In this document: positions 16,699 through 25,330 of the stretch, piece by piece | Numbering within the stretch: the first letter of the stretch is position 1 | Layout of the letters: each line of letters begins with the position of its first letter | DNA from: Candidatus Scalindua sp. | GTDB lineage: Bacteria > Planctomycetota > Brocadiia > Brocadiales > Scalinduaceae | Length of the DNA: 32,000 nt | Reading direction: 5' to 3' | NCBI GenBank assembly: GCA_031316235.1 | Contig: JALDRA010000001.1 | Location: forward strand, 810,001-842,000 | The notes under the pieces: model-generated | The model's input: only the letters and a program-made list of their open reading frames with translations | What the model was told of the DNA's origin: nothing | Database searches by the model: none | Program-made: the position numbers and the translations under genes

Positions 16699-16864
16699 CA
16701 GTAGTGTCCGGTTAGGTTTTTGCGTAGGCGGCTTTTGTCATACCCGAGCGTCTTTATCAGGTTTCCAGAGACTCGTTTCATCATAAATTCCCGCTGAAAA
16801 CATGCGGGAATGACAGTTTTGGGGCAACAAGTTAAATACGCAAAAACCTAACCGGACACTACTG
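16699..16864 (-). mobile_element. B-family MITE, copy B2 (166 bp, inverted relative to B1, 9-bp TSD ATTGAAGCT)
   Basis: Perfect 28-bp TIRs CAGTAGTGTCCGGTTAGGTTTTTGCGTA. Direct repeats ATTGAAGCT lie at 16690-16698 and 16865-16873. The interior is the reverse complement of B1. Confidence 0.9.
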
Positions 16865-16914
16865 ATTGAAGCTTAAAGAAAATATTTGTACTCAAAATTT
16901 AAACAGGAGAAAAT

Positions 16915-17121
16915 ATGATCAGGAATTTTTCTTTAGAATATTGGATAGATGATAATTGGTATGTCGGAAGATTAAAGGAAATTCCAGGAGTCTTCAGCCA
17001 AGGCGAAACCATTGAAGAGTTAGAAGAAAACATAAAAGATGCCTATCATATGATGATGGAAGATGAGGTAATACAACCTAACAAGGATGTAAAGATTAAA
17101 GAAATTGGAGTTGATGTTTGA
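16915..17121 (+). CDS. hicB: HicB-family antitoxin
   Basis: 68 aa, MIRNFSLEYWIDDNWYVGRLKEIPGVFSQGETIEELEENIKDAYHMM. AGGAGAAAA lies upstream of the start. Confidence 0.75.
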   Translation: MIRNFSLEYWIDDNWYVGRLKEIPGVFSQGETIEELEENIKDAYHMMMEDEVIQPNKDVKIKEIGVDV

Positions 17122-17297
17122 AGAGAGGCAATTTTATAAAGGAGCTAATAAAAGGGGGCTGTTATTTGAAACGTCACGGGAAAAAACATGACATATACAC
17201 AAATCCTAGAAATGGTAAAAAAGCACCTGTGCCACGCCATTCTGAAATAAAAGAAAGTCTTTGTGCCATTATAAAAAAACAACTCGGTTTGGATTAA
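17118..17297 (+). CDS. hicA: HicA-family mRNA-interferase toxin (59 aa, below the ORF-track cutoff)
   Basis: Own translation from the TTG at 17118, which overlaps the hicB stop: MKRGNFIKELIKGGCYLKRHGKKHDIYTNPRNGKKAPVPRHSEIKESLCAIIKKQLGLD. This fits the HicA pattern (G...RHG.KH.IY.NP..GK...VPRH.EI). Confidence 0.7.
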   Translation: MKRGNFIKELIKGGCYLKRHGKKHDIYTNPRNGKKAPVPRHSEIKESLCAIIKKQLGLD

Positions 17298-17331
17298 ACA
17301 CTCAAAAACCTCCGGTTTTTGAGTGTTTTTT
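17298..17331 (+). terminator. Rho-independent terminator after hicBA
   Basis: ACACTCAAAAACC tcc GGTTTTTGAGTGT followed by TTTTT. Confidence 0.75.
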
Positions 17332-17616
17332 ACTATTTTCTTGCAATTTTAACACACTCAAAAACCCTTGTCTCCCTTTATTTGTAAGGAATCCGAGATT
17401 TTTAAGGCTCGACTAATTACTGTCAACGTAAATCGGGTCGGACCAAGCTAACCTACTATGCCCCCCAACAATACATGTTTTCATGCCTTAAAAGATCTTT
17501 TTTGGCACTTAAATGAGCATTGTAAGGAACAATCAGTTCTTTAAGTACAAACTTATCGCTACCCTCCTCTACGCCGCCTTTATGTCTATTAAGGCGTATC
17601 TATCCGGTGGGTTTTG

Positions 17617-17758
17617 TATACTCATCTCATAATGGTTTTCGGATAAAATCCGAGATAAATTTGAGCGAGCAAAGTCCTCGACGTTTTTTGTCCGGGGATA
17701 ACTGCAACCAAGATTTGGTTTTCCGGTAAAACCGAAAACCAAATCAGTTTTAGTATAT
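17617..17758 (+). repeat. A-family repeat, copy A5
   Basis: 5' module, a different linker (CAAAGTCCTCGACGTTTTTTGTCCGGGGATAACTGC), then the 3' hairpin ending TTTTAGTATAT. Confidence 0.85.
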
Positions 17759-18030
17759 CCTTAATCCAAATTTCTTTTTAGCTTCAAACTGCCAGTACAT
17801 CCAACGCTTACGATCTTTCAGAAATTTCAAAAGAAATTCTTTTTTATGGCATCTATGGGTGATATGCCAAACATAATTTGGGATATAATGTCTATTTGCA
17901 CGTGCCATAACAAAAATTATTTAAACAACTCTTTTCTGTACTAAAAATAGGTATTTAAGGATAAAAATGTCACCTCTTTAAAGGTTATCTCTTTGTGCAA
18001 CTATAACTTATCATGGTCAGACCCCACCCC
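17759..18030 (-). pseudogene. Second IS200-like Y1 transposase: 5' end region plus the first ~50 codons only
   Basis: ATG at 17908, giving MARANRHYIPNYVWHITHRCHKKEFLLKFLKDRKRWMYWQFEAKKKFGL. The frame then runs straight into repeat A5. Upstream, 17909-18030 is repeated at 14317-14426. Confidence 0.7.
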
Positions 18031-18282
18031 GAGAGCAGCATATGATTTACAACAAATTAAAAATCAAACATACACCTTTAGGCAAGAAATATGTAAACAT
18101 CTCTTAAACCTCAAAGATGTAGTGCCGAAAATAAAGAGTAAAAATAGACAAACCATTCATATGAAAATGGTTACAGATTTTGGTTGTCGAAGTTGGGTTA
18201 AGGGTTTGCTTAAATGCGAGGACTGACCTTTTTTCTAGAAGTTGATAGATTGTAGTACAAAGCCCCTGAGTTTGAGACCAAC

Positions 18283-18325
18283 AAAGAAAGAGGTTGTCTC
18301 TTTATTTTAAGACAACCCCTTTCTT
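18283..18325 (-). terminator. Hairpin terminator downstream of nrdJ
   Basis: On the minus strand, GAAAGGGGTTGTCT taaaataa AGAGACAACCTCTTTC is followed by TTTGTT. Confidence 0.65.
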
Positions 18326-18343
18326 ACAAGTTCAGATATGTTA

Positions 18344-20962
18344 TTAACCGCACTTTGAAAAGCCACAGTCTGTGCAGAGCAGGCAACCCTCCTGGTAAAT
18401 CATATTGGAAGAGCTGCATTCATTACATTTCTTGCCCGCCTTGGCCTTTGTGCCATTTGCGATATATTTCTTTAACGCCCGTGCAACACCTGCTGTCCAG
18501 CTATTAATGGTAGCATTATCCAGATGCAGTGTAGAGACCAGATGGGCCGCATCAATTACTGTCATCCCGTGCCTTAGCACCCCGGAAATCAGTTTTGCGT
18601 AATTCCAGAATTCACTGTTAAACTGATGAGACAGCCCTCCCATTGTTACTTTATAACCATATTTATCAATGTACTGGAAATCGTATCTTTTTTCTCCGGA
18701 TTCCAGTTTATGCTTGATGATTTTTCCTTTTGAAACATTTTTTGGTATGGGGAAAGTATCATCCTCTTTGAGACCTGTGAATATTTCGTATGGTTTGCCA
18801 TCAATCAAACCGACAAAAGCGATCCAATACTCATCATTATTTTTGAATCTCAATATATCTGCATCAAGTTCTTTCGGCCTTCTTGTAGGGAATTTTAACT
18901 TTTCGTCTACCTTATTATCCGTAGCAAGTAATACTCCCGTTCGAGATCCGTCTCGATAAACGGTAACGCCCTTACAGCCACTTTCCCATGCCTTTATATA
19001 CAGATTTCCAACAAGCTCTTCCTTTGCTTCCGTCGGCAAATTTATTGTTACGCTGATAGAGTGATCTACCCATTTCTGTATTTCTCCCTGCATTTTGACT
19101 TTCTGCATCCAGTCTATATCTTTCGCGGTAGCCTTGTAATAAGGGGAGCGCTTGACCAGTTCATTGAGCTCTTTATCATCAAAGTTTTTAATCTCCTCCG
19201 GATCCATGCCATTTACCTTTAGCCAGGTAAGGAAATTTTGGTGAAATACATTATACTCCTCCCAACTGTCGCCAATCTCATCAACAAAAGTGACATTTAC
19301 CTCTTTATCATTTGGGTTTACTTTCCTGCGACGCTTATAGATAGGCAGGAAGACTGGTTCAATACCTGATGTGGTTTGAGTCATCAGACTGGTGGTGCCT
19401 GTAGGGGCAATAGTAAGCAGAGATATGTTTCTTCTTCCGTACTTCTTCATATCTTCAATTAATTTCGGGTCCTCTTTCGCCAATCTATTGATGAAAGGGT
19501 GGTCCTTCTCTTTCTTGATATCAAATACAGGAAAAGGGCCCCTCTCTTTCGCCATTTCCACAGAGGAGCGATACGCTTCGAGGGCAATTGTTTTATGCAC
19601 TTCCACCGAAAAATCAATGGCATTTTCGCTTCCATATCTTAATCCAAGCGCTGCCAGCATATCTCCTTCAGCAGTAATTCCCACGCCTGTCCTTCTCCCT
19701 TCAACAGCTTTACATTTAATATTCTCCCACAAACTTATTTCAACCTGCTTGATCTCTCTGTCTTCAGGGTCTGAAACAATTTTGTCTATAATAGCATCAA
19801 CCTTTTCCAGTTCCAGATCAATTATATCATCCATGATCCGTTGGGCTATTCCAATATGCTTCCTGAATTTTTCCCAGTTAAATTTAGCCTTGTCTGTAAA
19901 CGGACCGTCAACGTAACTGTAAAGGTTAATGGCAAGCAATCTACAACTATCATAGGGACACAGCGGAATCTCACCACATGGATTTGTACATACGGTGTTA
20001 AACCCAACATCTGCATAACTGTCCGCTACTGATTCTTTAATAATGGTATCCCAGAATAGCATTCCCGGTTCAGCCGATTTCCAAGCATTATGTACAATTT
20101 TTGCCCATAGCTGTCTGGCGTCTATTTCCTGTGAGTAAGATGGATCTTCAGCCTTCACAGGGAATTGCTGTTTGTACATTGTACCATCCACAACTGCATT
20201 CATGAATTCATCATCAATCCTTACTGAGATATTTGCTCCGGTAACCTTTCCCGTTCCCAGTTTTGCATCAATGAATCGTTCTGCGTCGGGATGCTTTATG
20301 GAGATGCTGAGCATGAGTGCGCCCCTGCGGCCATCCTGGGCTACCTCACGTGTTGAATTTGAATAACGCTCCATAAAAGGAACGACACCTGTTGAGGTAA
20401 GTGCGCTGTTTAACACCCGGCTTCCGGTAGGACGGATATGAGACAGGTCGTGCCCAACCCCTCCGCGACGCTTCATTAACTGGACCTGCTCCTGGTCAAT
20501 CTTCATAATCCCACCATAAGAGTCAGAAAAGCCTTTGTGTCCGATCACAAAGCAATTGGAAAGGCTCGCGATCTGGAAGTTATTCCCAATACCGGTCATT
20601 GGTGAGCCTTGAGGAACGATGTATTTAAAGTCTTTTATTAACTCATAAAGATCATCAAAGGAGAGTGGATTGGAATACTGCTTTTCAACTCTGCTTATCT
20701 CACTGGCCAGACGTTTATGCATGTCATCCGGAGTTAACTCATAGATATTTCCAAATGAGTCCTTTAATGCATATTTATTAACCCAAACCCTGGCAGCTAA
20801 TGCATCACCTTTAAAATATTCCAACGAAGCCTCTAACGCCTCTTCAAATGAAATTATCTTCTTCTCGCTCTTTGATTCTTGTTTTTGGTCTGTCACTATT
20901 TCGGTTGTTGGGTTTTTGTCTGCAAAAGAGAGATTTATTTGCGGTGCTGTTTTTTCTGTCAT
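18344..20962 (-). CDS. nrdJ: Class II (adenosylcobalamin-dependent) ribonucleotide reductase
   Basis: 872 aa with the motifs NPCGEIPL and TIAPTGTTS, and a C-terminal Cys-rich zinc ribbon (CNECSSSNMIYQEGCLLCTDCGFSKCG). Confidence 0.9.
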   Translation of the reverse strand: MTEKTAPQINLSFADKNPTTEIVTDQKQESKSEKKIISFEEALEASLEYFKGDALAARVWVNKYALKDSFGNIYELTPDDMHKRLASEISRVEKQYSNPLSFDDLYELIKDFKYIVPQGSPMTGIGNNFQIASLSNCFVIGHKGFSDSYGGIMKIDQEQVQLMKRRGGVGHDLSHIRPTGSRVLNSALTSTGVVPFMERYSNSTREVAQDGRRGALMLSISIKHPDAERFIDAKLGTGKVTGANISVRIDDEFMNAVVDGTMYKQQFPVKAEDPSYSQEIDARQLWAKIVHNAWKSAEPGMLFWDTIIKESVADSYADVGFNTVCTNPCGEIPLCPYDSCRLLAINLYSYVDGPFTDKAKFNWEKFRKHIGIAQRIMDDIIDLELEKVDAIIDKIVSDPEDREIKQVEISLWENIKCKAVEGRRTGVGITAEGDMLAALGLRYGSENAIDFSVEVHKTIALEAYRSSVEMAKERGPFPVFDIKKEKDHPFINRLAKEDPKLIEDMKKYGRRNISLLTIAPTGTTSLMTQTTSGIEPVFLPIYKRRRKVNPNDKEVNVTFVDEIGDSWEEYNVFHQNFLTWLKVNGMDPEEIKNFDDKELNELVKRSPYYKATAKDIDWMQKVKMQGEIQKWVDHSISVTINLPTEAKEELVGNLYIKAWESGCKGVTVYRDGSRTGVLLATDNKVDEKLKFPTRRPKELDADILRFKNNDEYWIAFVGLIDGKPYEIFTGLKEDDTFPIPKNVSKGKIIKHKLESGEKRYDFQYIDKYGYKVTMGGLSHQFNSEFWNYAKLISGVLRHGMTVIDAAHLVSTLHLDNATINSWTAGVARALKKYIANGTKAKAGKKCNECSSSNMIYQEGCLLCTDCGFSKCG

Positions 20963-21122
20963 GCAAGTCCTAGTTTAAAAGAGTTCTATCTAATCCAATA
21001 ATTCGACTACGGGAAATGTAACAACAATTTAGTAATTGGATTTACCTGTATCAATGTGCGCTTCACAACATTAATAAAACAAGCTTAATACAGTCTTATA
21101 TATTTGATTATCTGCATTAAGC

Positions 21123-21289
21123 TATACTCATCTCATGATGGTTTTCGGATAAAATCCGAGATAAATTTGAGTGAGTAAAGTCCTCGGCGTTTTCTGTCCG
21201 GGGATAACTGCCCGCCTGAACGACATGTCGGGCAGGCAACCAAGATTTGGTTTCCGGTAAAACCGAAAACCAAATCGGTTTTAGTATAT
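21123..21289 (+). repeat. A-family repeat, copy A6 (longest; extra internal hairpin CTGCCCG..CGGGCAG)
   Basis: Same ends and modules as A5, plus a ~30-nt insertion. Confidence 0.85.
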
Positions 21290-21401
21290 CCTTAATCCAA
21301 ATCTCTTTTTAGCTTCAAACAGCCAGTACATCCAACGCTTACGATCTTTCAGAAATTTCAAAAGAAATTCTTTTTTATGACATCTATGAGTAATATGCCA
21401 A
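21290..21401 (-). pseudogene. Second IS200-like Y1 transposase fragment (codons ~14-50 only)
   Basis: Matches 17759-17870. The junction with the A repeat is the same as at 17758/17759. Similarity ends near 21401. Confidence 0.65.
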
Positions 21402-21449
21402 AATCAATTCGCGACGGGTATAAATTGCTTAGTCACAGCTAAATAGTGT

Positions 21450-22004
21450 CTAAACGAAAACCCTGTGTTTGAATGAAAAGTGCCCAGGTACAAGGCGCGT
21501 AACAATTTCGTAACCGGAACGTACAATTGTACTTGAGGATTTCGAAATTGTTGCAGCAACGTAGTAGATGGGTAGTTTTCGTTCAAACACTAAATAGTCT
21601 TTCGCCATATCAAGAGTAAGCAGTTCAATCATTACTCTGTTTTCTATCCAGAACTCGATTACATTGAATCCACCTCGTGGTAACTCCAAAGCTTTCCAGC
21701 CCTGCGTCTCAGCAACTTGGAATATCTCTTCTCTCGAACGGTTGATGGAGATAGCAGCATGAGTCGCGCAGAATTTTGAGTGCGAAGGGTTGTACCGAAA
21801 ATTTGCTTGGCCAGCACCGGCATCAGGATACATCTCCGTACCTGCCGGATATAGCTCTATGGCCGAACCGTGTTCATCCCCAAACCATATGATGTACCAG
21901 TTTTGGTAGGGACCAAAACTGGTAATAGTTCCTCCGAAAAGGCGAACCAACACCTGCGAGACATTTTTTGTGTCTTGAACTGGAATCGAGTAGTGATGAA
22001 TCAT
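21450..22004 (-). CDS. Hypothetical protein, possibly VOC/glyoxalase-fold
   Basis: 184-aa ORF starting MIHHYSIPVQDTKNVSQVLVRLFGG. The fold guess is weak. The C-terminal ~40 aa may be read-through. Confidence 0.55.
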   Translation of the reverse strand: MIHHYSIPVQDTKNVSQVLVRLFGGTITSFGPYQNWYIIWFGDEHGSAIELYPAGTEMYPDAGAGQANFRYNPSHSKFCATHAAISINRSREEIFQVAETQGWKALELPRGGFNVIEFWIENRVMIELLTLDMAKDYLVFERKLPIYYVAATISKSSSTIVRSGYEIVTRLVPGHFSFKHRVFV

Positions 22005-22035
22005 ATAAATTGCTCGCTTAAAGGTCGAACGCAGT

Positions 22036-22101
22036 CATAACCGGCCGGAAAACCGCGTAGCGGTTTGGCGATCCAGCCCACGAAGTGGGCGATAGTTTAT
22101 G
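22036..22101. repeat. GC-rich compound palindrome (attC-like or REP-like), single copy
   Basis: Outer pairing CATAAC / GTTTATG. Inner perfect hairpins AAACCGC gta GCGGTTT (22050-22066) and GCCCAC gaa GTGGGC (22076-22090). Confidence 0.4.
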
Positions 22102-22372
22102 GCTTTGTTCTGTTTTTTTATTGTTGTTTCTACAATACTTGACTAGGCGACAGGGCCTTTATTGATAGTAGATACTTGTTATAATTTTCTCACGGTCGTT
22201 CTCCCATTTGTTAGTAAGCACGGCGAAAAGCCGCCACTCTACATACCCATTTACGGAACATAAAAACATAACGTATAAATAGCTCGCCTACTCGTGAAAG
22301 CTATTAATAGCAAATAGAGTTTGAACAAGAAGCAATTAAAACGTCCAAAACGTTGTTGTTTTAAGGGTGAGT

Positions 22373-22675
22373 TCATTTTTTTGTTAGGCGCTTATGGTGA
22401 TTTTTCTGTGCTTGCATGTAGGCTCGCAGCAATGCATTCATACGTGTTTGGTAGCCCTTACCTTGGGTTTTAAACCATTCTAACACATCAGTATCCATAC
22501 GTAAAGTTATCTGAGATTTTTGAGGTACTAGTTTCAGCCCTTTACGTACTACAGTTCTTGCAAACATTTCAGGTGTGATCTCAGGTGAATCAGAAAAATC
22601 AATATCTTTGTCTTCCTGTTTATCTAGCCGATTAAAATCAGTCCTGGATTTGCGAGAAATAGATTTTTTGCTCAT
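22373..22675 (-). CDS. brnA: BrnA-like antitoxin (DUF4415 type)
   Basis: DFSDSPEITPEMFARTV...ITLRMDTDVLEWFKTQGKGYQTRMNALLRAYMQ. It overlaps the brnT 3' end. Confidence 0.8.
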   Translation of the reverse strand: MSKKSISRKSRTDFNRLDKQEDKDIDFSDSPEITPEMFARTVVRKGLKLVPQKSQITLRMDTDVLEWFKTQGKGYQTRMNALLRAYMQAQKNHHKRLTKK

Positions 22676-22913
22676 ATTTGGTTGCCTTTCTCATAGATAT
22701 AATTCTAATCCTGTCGTTTCGTTCGGTATGTACAACCACTGCCACTCTACCTTTTATCATACCAAGGGTGAAAAAACGTTGTTCGTTATAGTGAAATCTA
22801 TCGTCCTCCATTGTAATCGTATATCCACTAAATAGTTCATCAGCATCAGAAAAGTCAATTCCATGTTTTTTAACATTTGTCGTACATTTTCTTTCATCCC
22901 ATTCGAATTCCAC
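22638..22913 (-). CDS. brnT: BrnT toxin (DUF497)
   Basis: MEFEWDERKCTTNVKKHGIDFSDADELF...RIRIISMRKATKYEQKIY. Confidence 0.85.
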   Translation of the reverse strand: MEFEWDERKCTTNVKKHGIDFSDADELFSGYTITMEDDRFHYNEQRFFTLGMIKGRVAVVVHTERNDRIRIISMRKATKYEQKIYFSQIQD

Positions 22914-22944
22914 AGGTATATTGTAGTTACATATTGTGGTTACG

Positions 22945-23145
22945 TCAAATAAATAATTTAATGGAGAGACAACATGAGCTTGGGGTTAGGACAACGACCA
23001 TGATGTCTGTGGATGAGATACCTCGATCGATTGCATCTCTCCACTCCTCACCAGTTCTTAATTCACCACTATCAAGACAGACTTGAACACCAGCTTCTTT
23101 TAACTTCATTTTCGTCAAGTCAGCAAATATAGTATCGGCGCGCTC
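22945..23145 (-). pseudogene. TIR-domain protein fragment
   Basis: Own translation gives ERADTIFADLTKMKLKEAGVQVCLDSGELRTGEEWRDAIDRGISSTDIMVVVLTPSS. This fits the TIR pattern (L...G..V..D...L..G..W...I...I..S....VVLSP.). It lacks the N-terminal beta-A strand and everything after the SP motif. Confidence 0.5.
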
Positions 23146-23203
23146 CTATAAGCAAGACCTGTGACAGGGCAGATTGTCAGCGGCGAAAAACGTCAGGTTG
23201 AAA

Positions 23204-23525
23204 CTATTGTTCGGCTTTTATTCCTACTTTTTTAACAAAACCAGTAACTTCTGAATAGATTTCAAGCGCTTCTGTCCTATCCGGTTCCCCAAGATCATGA
23301 ACAGCCTGATTTCGCATTTTAATAGCTCGTCTTAATTTCTTATAGTCTTCGACAGATATTTGATATTTAATCTTTACCTCTGGTATATCTTCGAAGACTT
23401 CAGGTTTTGAAGCTCGAATTTTTACTCCTGCTCTAATGTCCAGTTCTTTTTGTATGTCCCGAAAAAATTTGGAAAGTACCTCACCATGAGTCTCGCTTCT
23501 CTTTAGCTTAAGATTAACTACATGG
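23204..23525 (-). pseudogene. C-terminal fragment of an unidentified protein (no start codon)
   Basis: Open frame ...LKLKRSETHGEVLSKFFRDIQKELD...LRRAIKMRNQAVHDLGEPDRTEALEIYSEVTGFVKKVGIKAEQ stop. It begins right where the SIR2-like frame ends. Confidence 0.35.
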
Positions 23526-23850
23526 TATCAAATGGAAGTCCAGCAAAAGAAATGTGGGAATCTCCTGGTTCAATCGAATCAGAATGAAGAGCGTTACGAA
23601 TCGCTTCGATTAATTGTACGCGACCGAATCGATGTTCATATGCAGAAGCAACAGATGGACCAGGTTGCTTTGGGGACACATTTGAAGCATCGGCGAGAAC
23701 TTCAGTAAGCCCTTGCCAATCTGGCATCATTTTTTCACCTGGAAGCTTTGTATTTAAAGAAAACCCTGCCTCTACAAAAGGTAGACACTTACCATTTGCT
23801 ATATCATCTAGTAATGGCTGAGGTATTTTCATCAATATTTCCTTTGCCAA
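23518..23850 (-). pseudogene. SIR2-family (ThsA-like N-terminal) protein fragment, about 105 aa
   Basis: The likely start is the ATG at 23832 (MKIPQPLLDDIANGKCLPFVEAGFSLN...). PFVEAGFS resembles the FAGAGLS nucleotide-binding loop. The fragment stops at AGLPFDTM, just before where the TTNYD motif would follow. Confidence 0.5.
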
Positions 23851-23888
23851 ACGTTTCGCATGGGTGCATTCCCAATTTATTGTAAAAT

Positions 23889-25307
23889 TTATTTAACAAT
23901 TCGAAGACTTCTCTTAAATTTTTTATTTTTAATTCTTTCCTGGTCGTCCCTTTTGTATTTTTCGATAACTTTATCGTAAGTACCGTTATATTTCGCGCAT
24001 CTGATCTTGAGTATGTTATTAGCGTTTTGGATATACCACCAAGCTCCTGATCGTTTAAGCCTTGTATGGCTAATGAATTTATTGGCGCTTTCAATAGCAC
24101 CGCTGCCAATGTGATATCCTCCACGCTTGGCGGAACTGTAATCCATCTTTTCACAATGATTTGTGAGATAGGTATAAAACTTGTCAATTTTATCTTGAAT
24201 ATCTTGAGTTCGGGCTTTCATCTTTCCAAGACCGCCAAGCACCTCTTCATGGTAACCATAATATATTCTTGTCAGAGTCGCCTCACACCACTGTAGAGAC
24301 TCTCTTGTCTCTTTTCCGTAATGGGCATTGGCTACACCATGGACATACTCCGAGCAATGGTAATAGTCGAGAATCTCTTTTGCCGAGGGAAATATTTCTT
24401 TACATCGGTTCCAGATCCAGGGAGCACCGTCTCCTATAATTCCCAGGCGTATCTTCTCGTGGGGAATAAGCCCGGCTTCTTTGATCTTAACCAAGTATTC
24501 TGCTAATTCGTGATCTGCACAAACCTGGTGCCAGCTAATTAAATGAATAATAGTTTGACCATCGATGAGATACAGTCTAAAACCTTTAATCTCTTTGTAT
24601 TCTCCCTTGCCTCTTTTCCCTTTACGGGGGTGAGGACTTGGCTCGGGACGCATCGGCCCGTGGGCTCCATCCAGGGCAAGCATCATAATGGGACGACGAA
24701 ACTTATCCACTGAGAGGTTTTCTATCTGCTTATCAATCTCTTCCCTGGGCGGGCAGACATCCAAAATTCCCACTTCTTGACCAATGGCATTCGTGGTCTC
24801 ATGCATATGATGTTCACTCAGCTTTACTCCGGTTATTCTCTCGTAGGTTTCGCTGGCCGTCTCATAGGCCGTTTCGCTTGACAACCAGGCTTCCACATCT
24901 TGCACATCATATTGCTTCGATGATTCAGACAATCCAAGGGCTTCGTCTAAAGGATAGTATCCTAAACGACACGCTCTGCAATAAAAATAAGGCCTGGTTA
25001 ATTCAAATTGTCCGGCAAGGGTTTGGATAGTCTTGGATTGTTTTCCTTGTCTTTGCATACCCTTGCCGCATTCGGGGCAATCGCAGCTTTGCTGATTCAA
25101 TAAATGTCCAAATTTCCTCTCTATGAACCCAAGAATCAGTTGTCCTAATATCTCCGCTCTCTCTTCGAAAACAGCTTTTGAGATTTCTCCTAAATCTTCC
25201 ATTGAGTACTCTTCCTCAATCTTATCCAATCGGGTGTCTAAAAAACCATAAAATAAAGCTCTCCAGTTATCGGATGACTCTATCTTTCTTTTCACCACAC
25301 AAGTCAA
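23889..25307 (-). CDS. DDE transposase, ISKra4/ISLre2-like (family unverified), 472 aa
   Basis: TTG start with GGGGG five nt upstream. Zinc module CDCPECG...YFYCRAC. Motifs ALDGAHGP, IIGDGAPWIWN and ILDYYHCSEY. Confidence 0.75.
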   Translation of the reverse strand: MTCVVKRKIESSDNWRALFYGFLDTRLDKIEEEYSMEDLGEISKAVFEERAEILGQLILGFIERKFGHLLNQQSCDCPECGKGMQRQGKQSKTIQTLAGQFELTRPYFYCRACRLGYYPLDEALGLSESSKQYDVQDVEAWLSSETAYETASETYERITGVKLSEHHMHETTNAIGQEVGILDVCPPREEIDKQIENLSVDKFRRPIMMLALDGAHGPMRPEPSPHPRKGKRGKGEYKEIKGFRLYLIDGQTIIHLISWHQVCADHELAEYLVKIKEAGLIPHEKIRLGIIGDGAPWIWNRCKEIFPSAKEILDYYHCSEYVHGVANAHYGKETRESLQWCEATLTRIYYGYHEEVLGGLGKMKARTQDIQDKIDKFYTYLTNHCEKMDYSSAKRGGYHIGSGAIESANKFISHTRLKRSGAWWYIQNANNILKIRCAKYNGTYDKVIEKYKRDDQERIKNKKFKRSLRIVK

Positions 25308-25330
25308 AAATACCCCCTTTCAAAAGACTT

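Noticed and set aside
18405-20366. Plus-strand ORFs inside nrdJ, including the 174-aa ORF at 19392-19916
   Set aside because: They are antisense to nrdJ, have low-complexity Ser/Ile/Leu-rich translations, and lack an RBS context.
20963-21122. NrdR box or cobalamin riboswitch upstream of nrdJ
   Set aside because: I could not find a convincing ACACWATATATWGTGT-type palindrome or the conserved B12-box. There are only AT-rich sequences with weak partial matches.
1459-21289. CRISPR-like interpretation of the six co-oriented A repeats
   Set aside because: The spacing is irregular (about 1 to 7 kb) and the copies differ in length from 30 to 167 bp. Genes and other elements lie between them, and no cas genes are present.
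23804-24187. 127-aa ORF spanning the IS right end and the upstream region of the SIR2 fragment
   Set aside because: It crosses the TIR/TSD boundary at 23862 and lies out of frame within the transposase gene, so it is an artefact of the junction.
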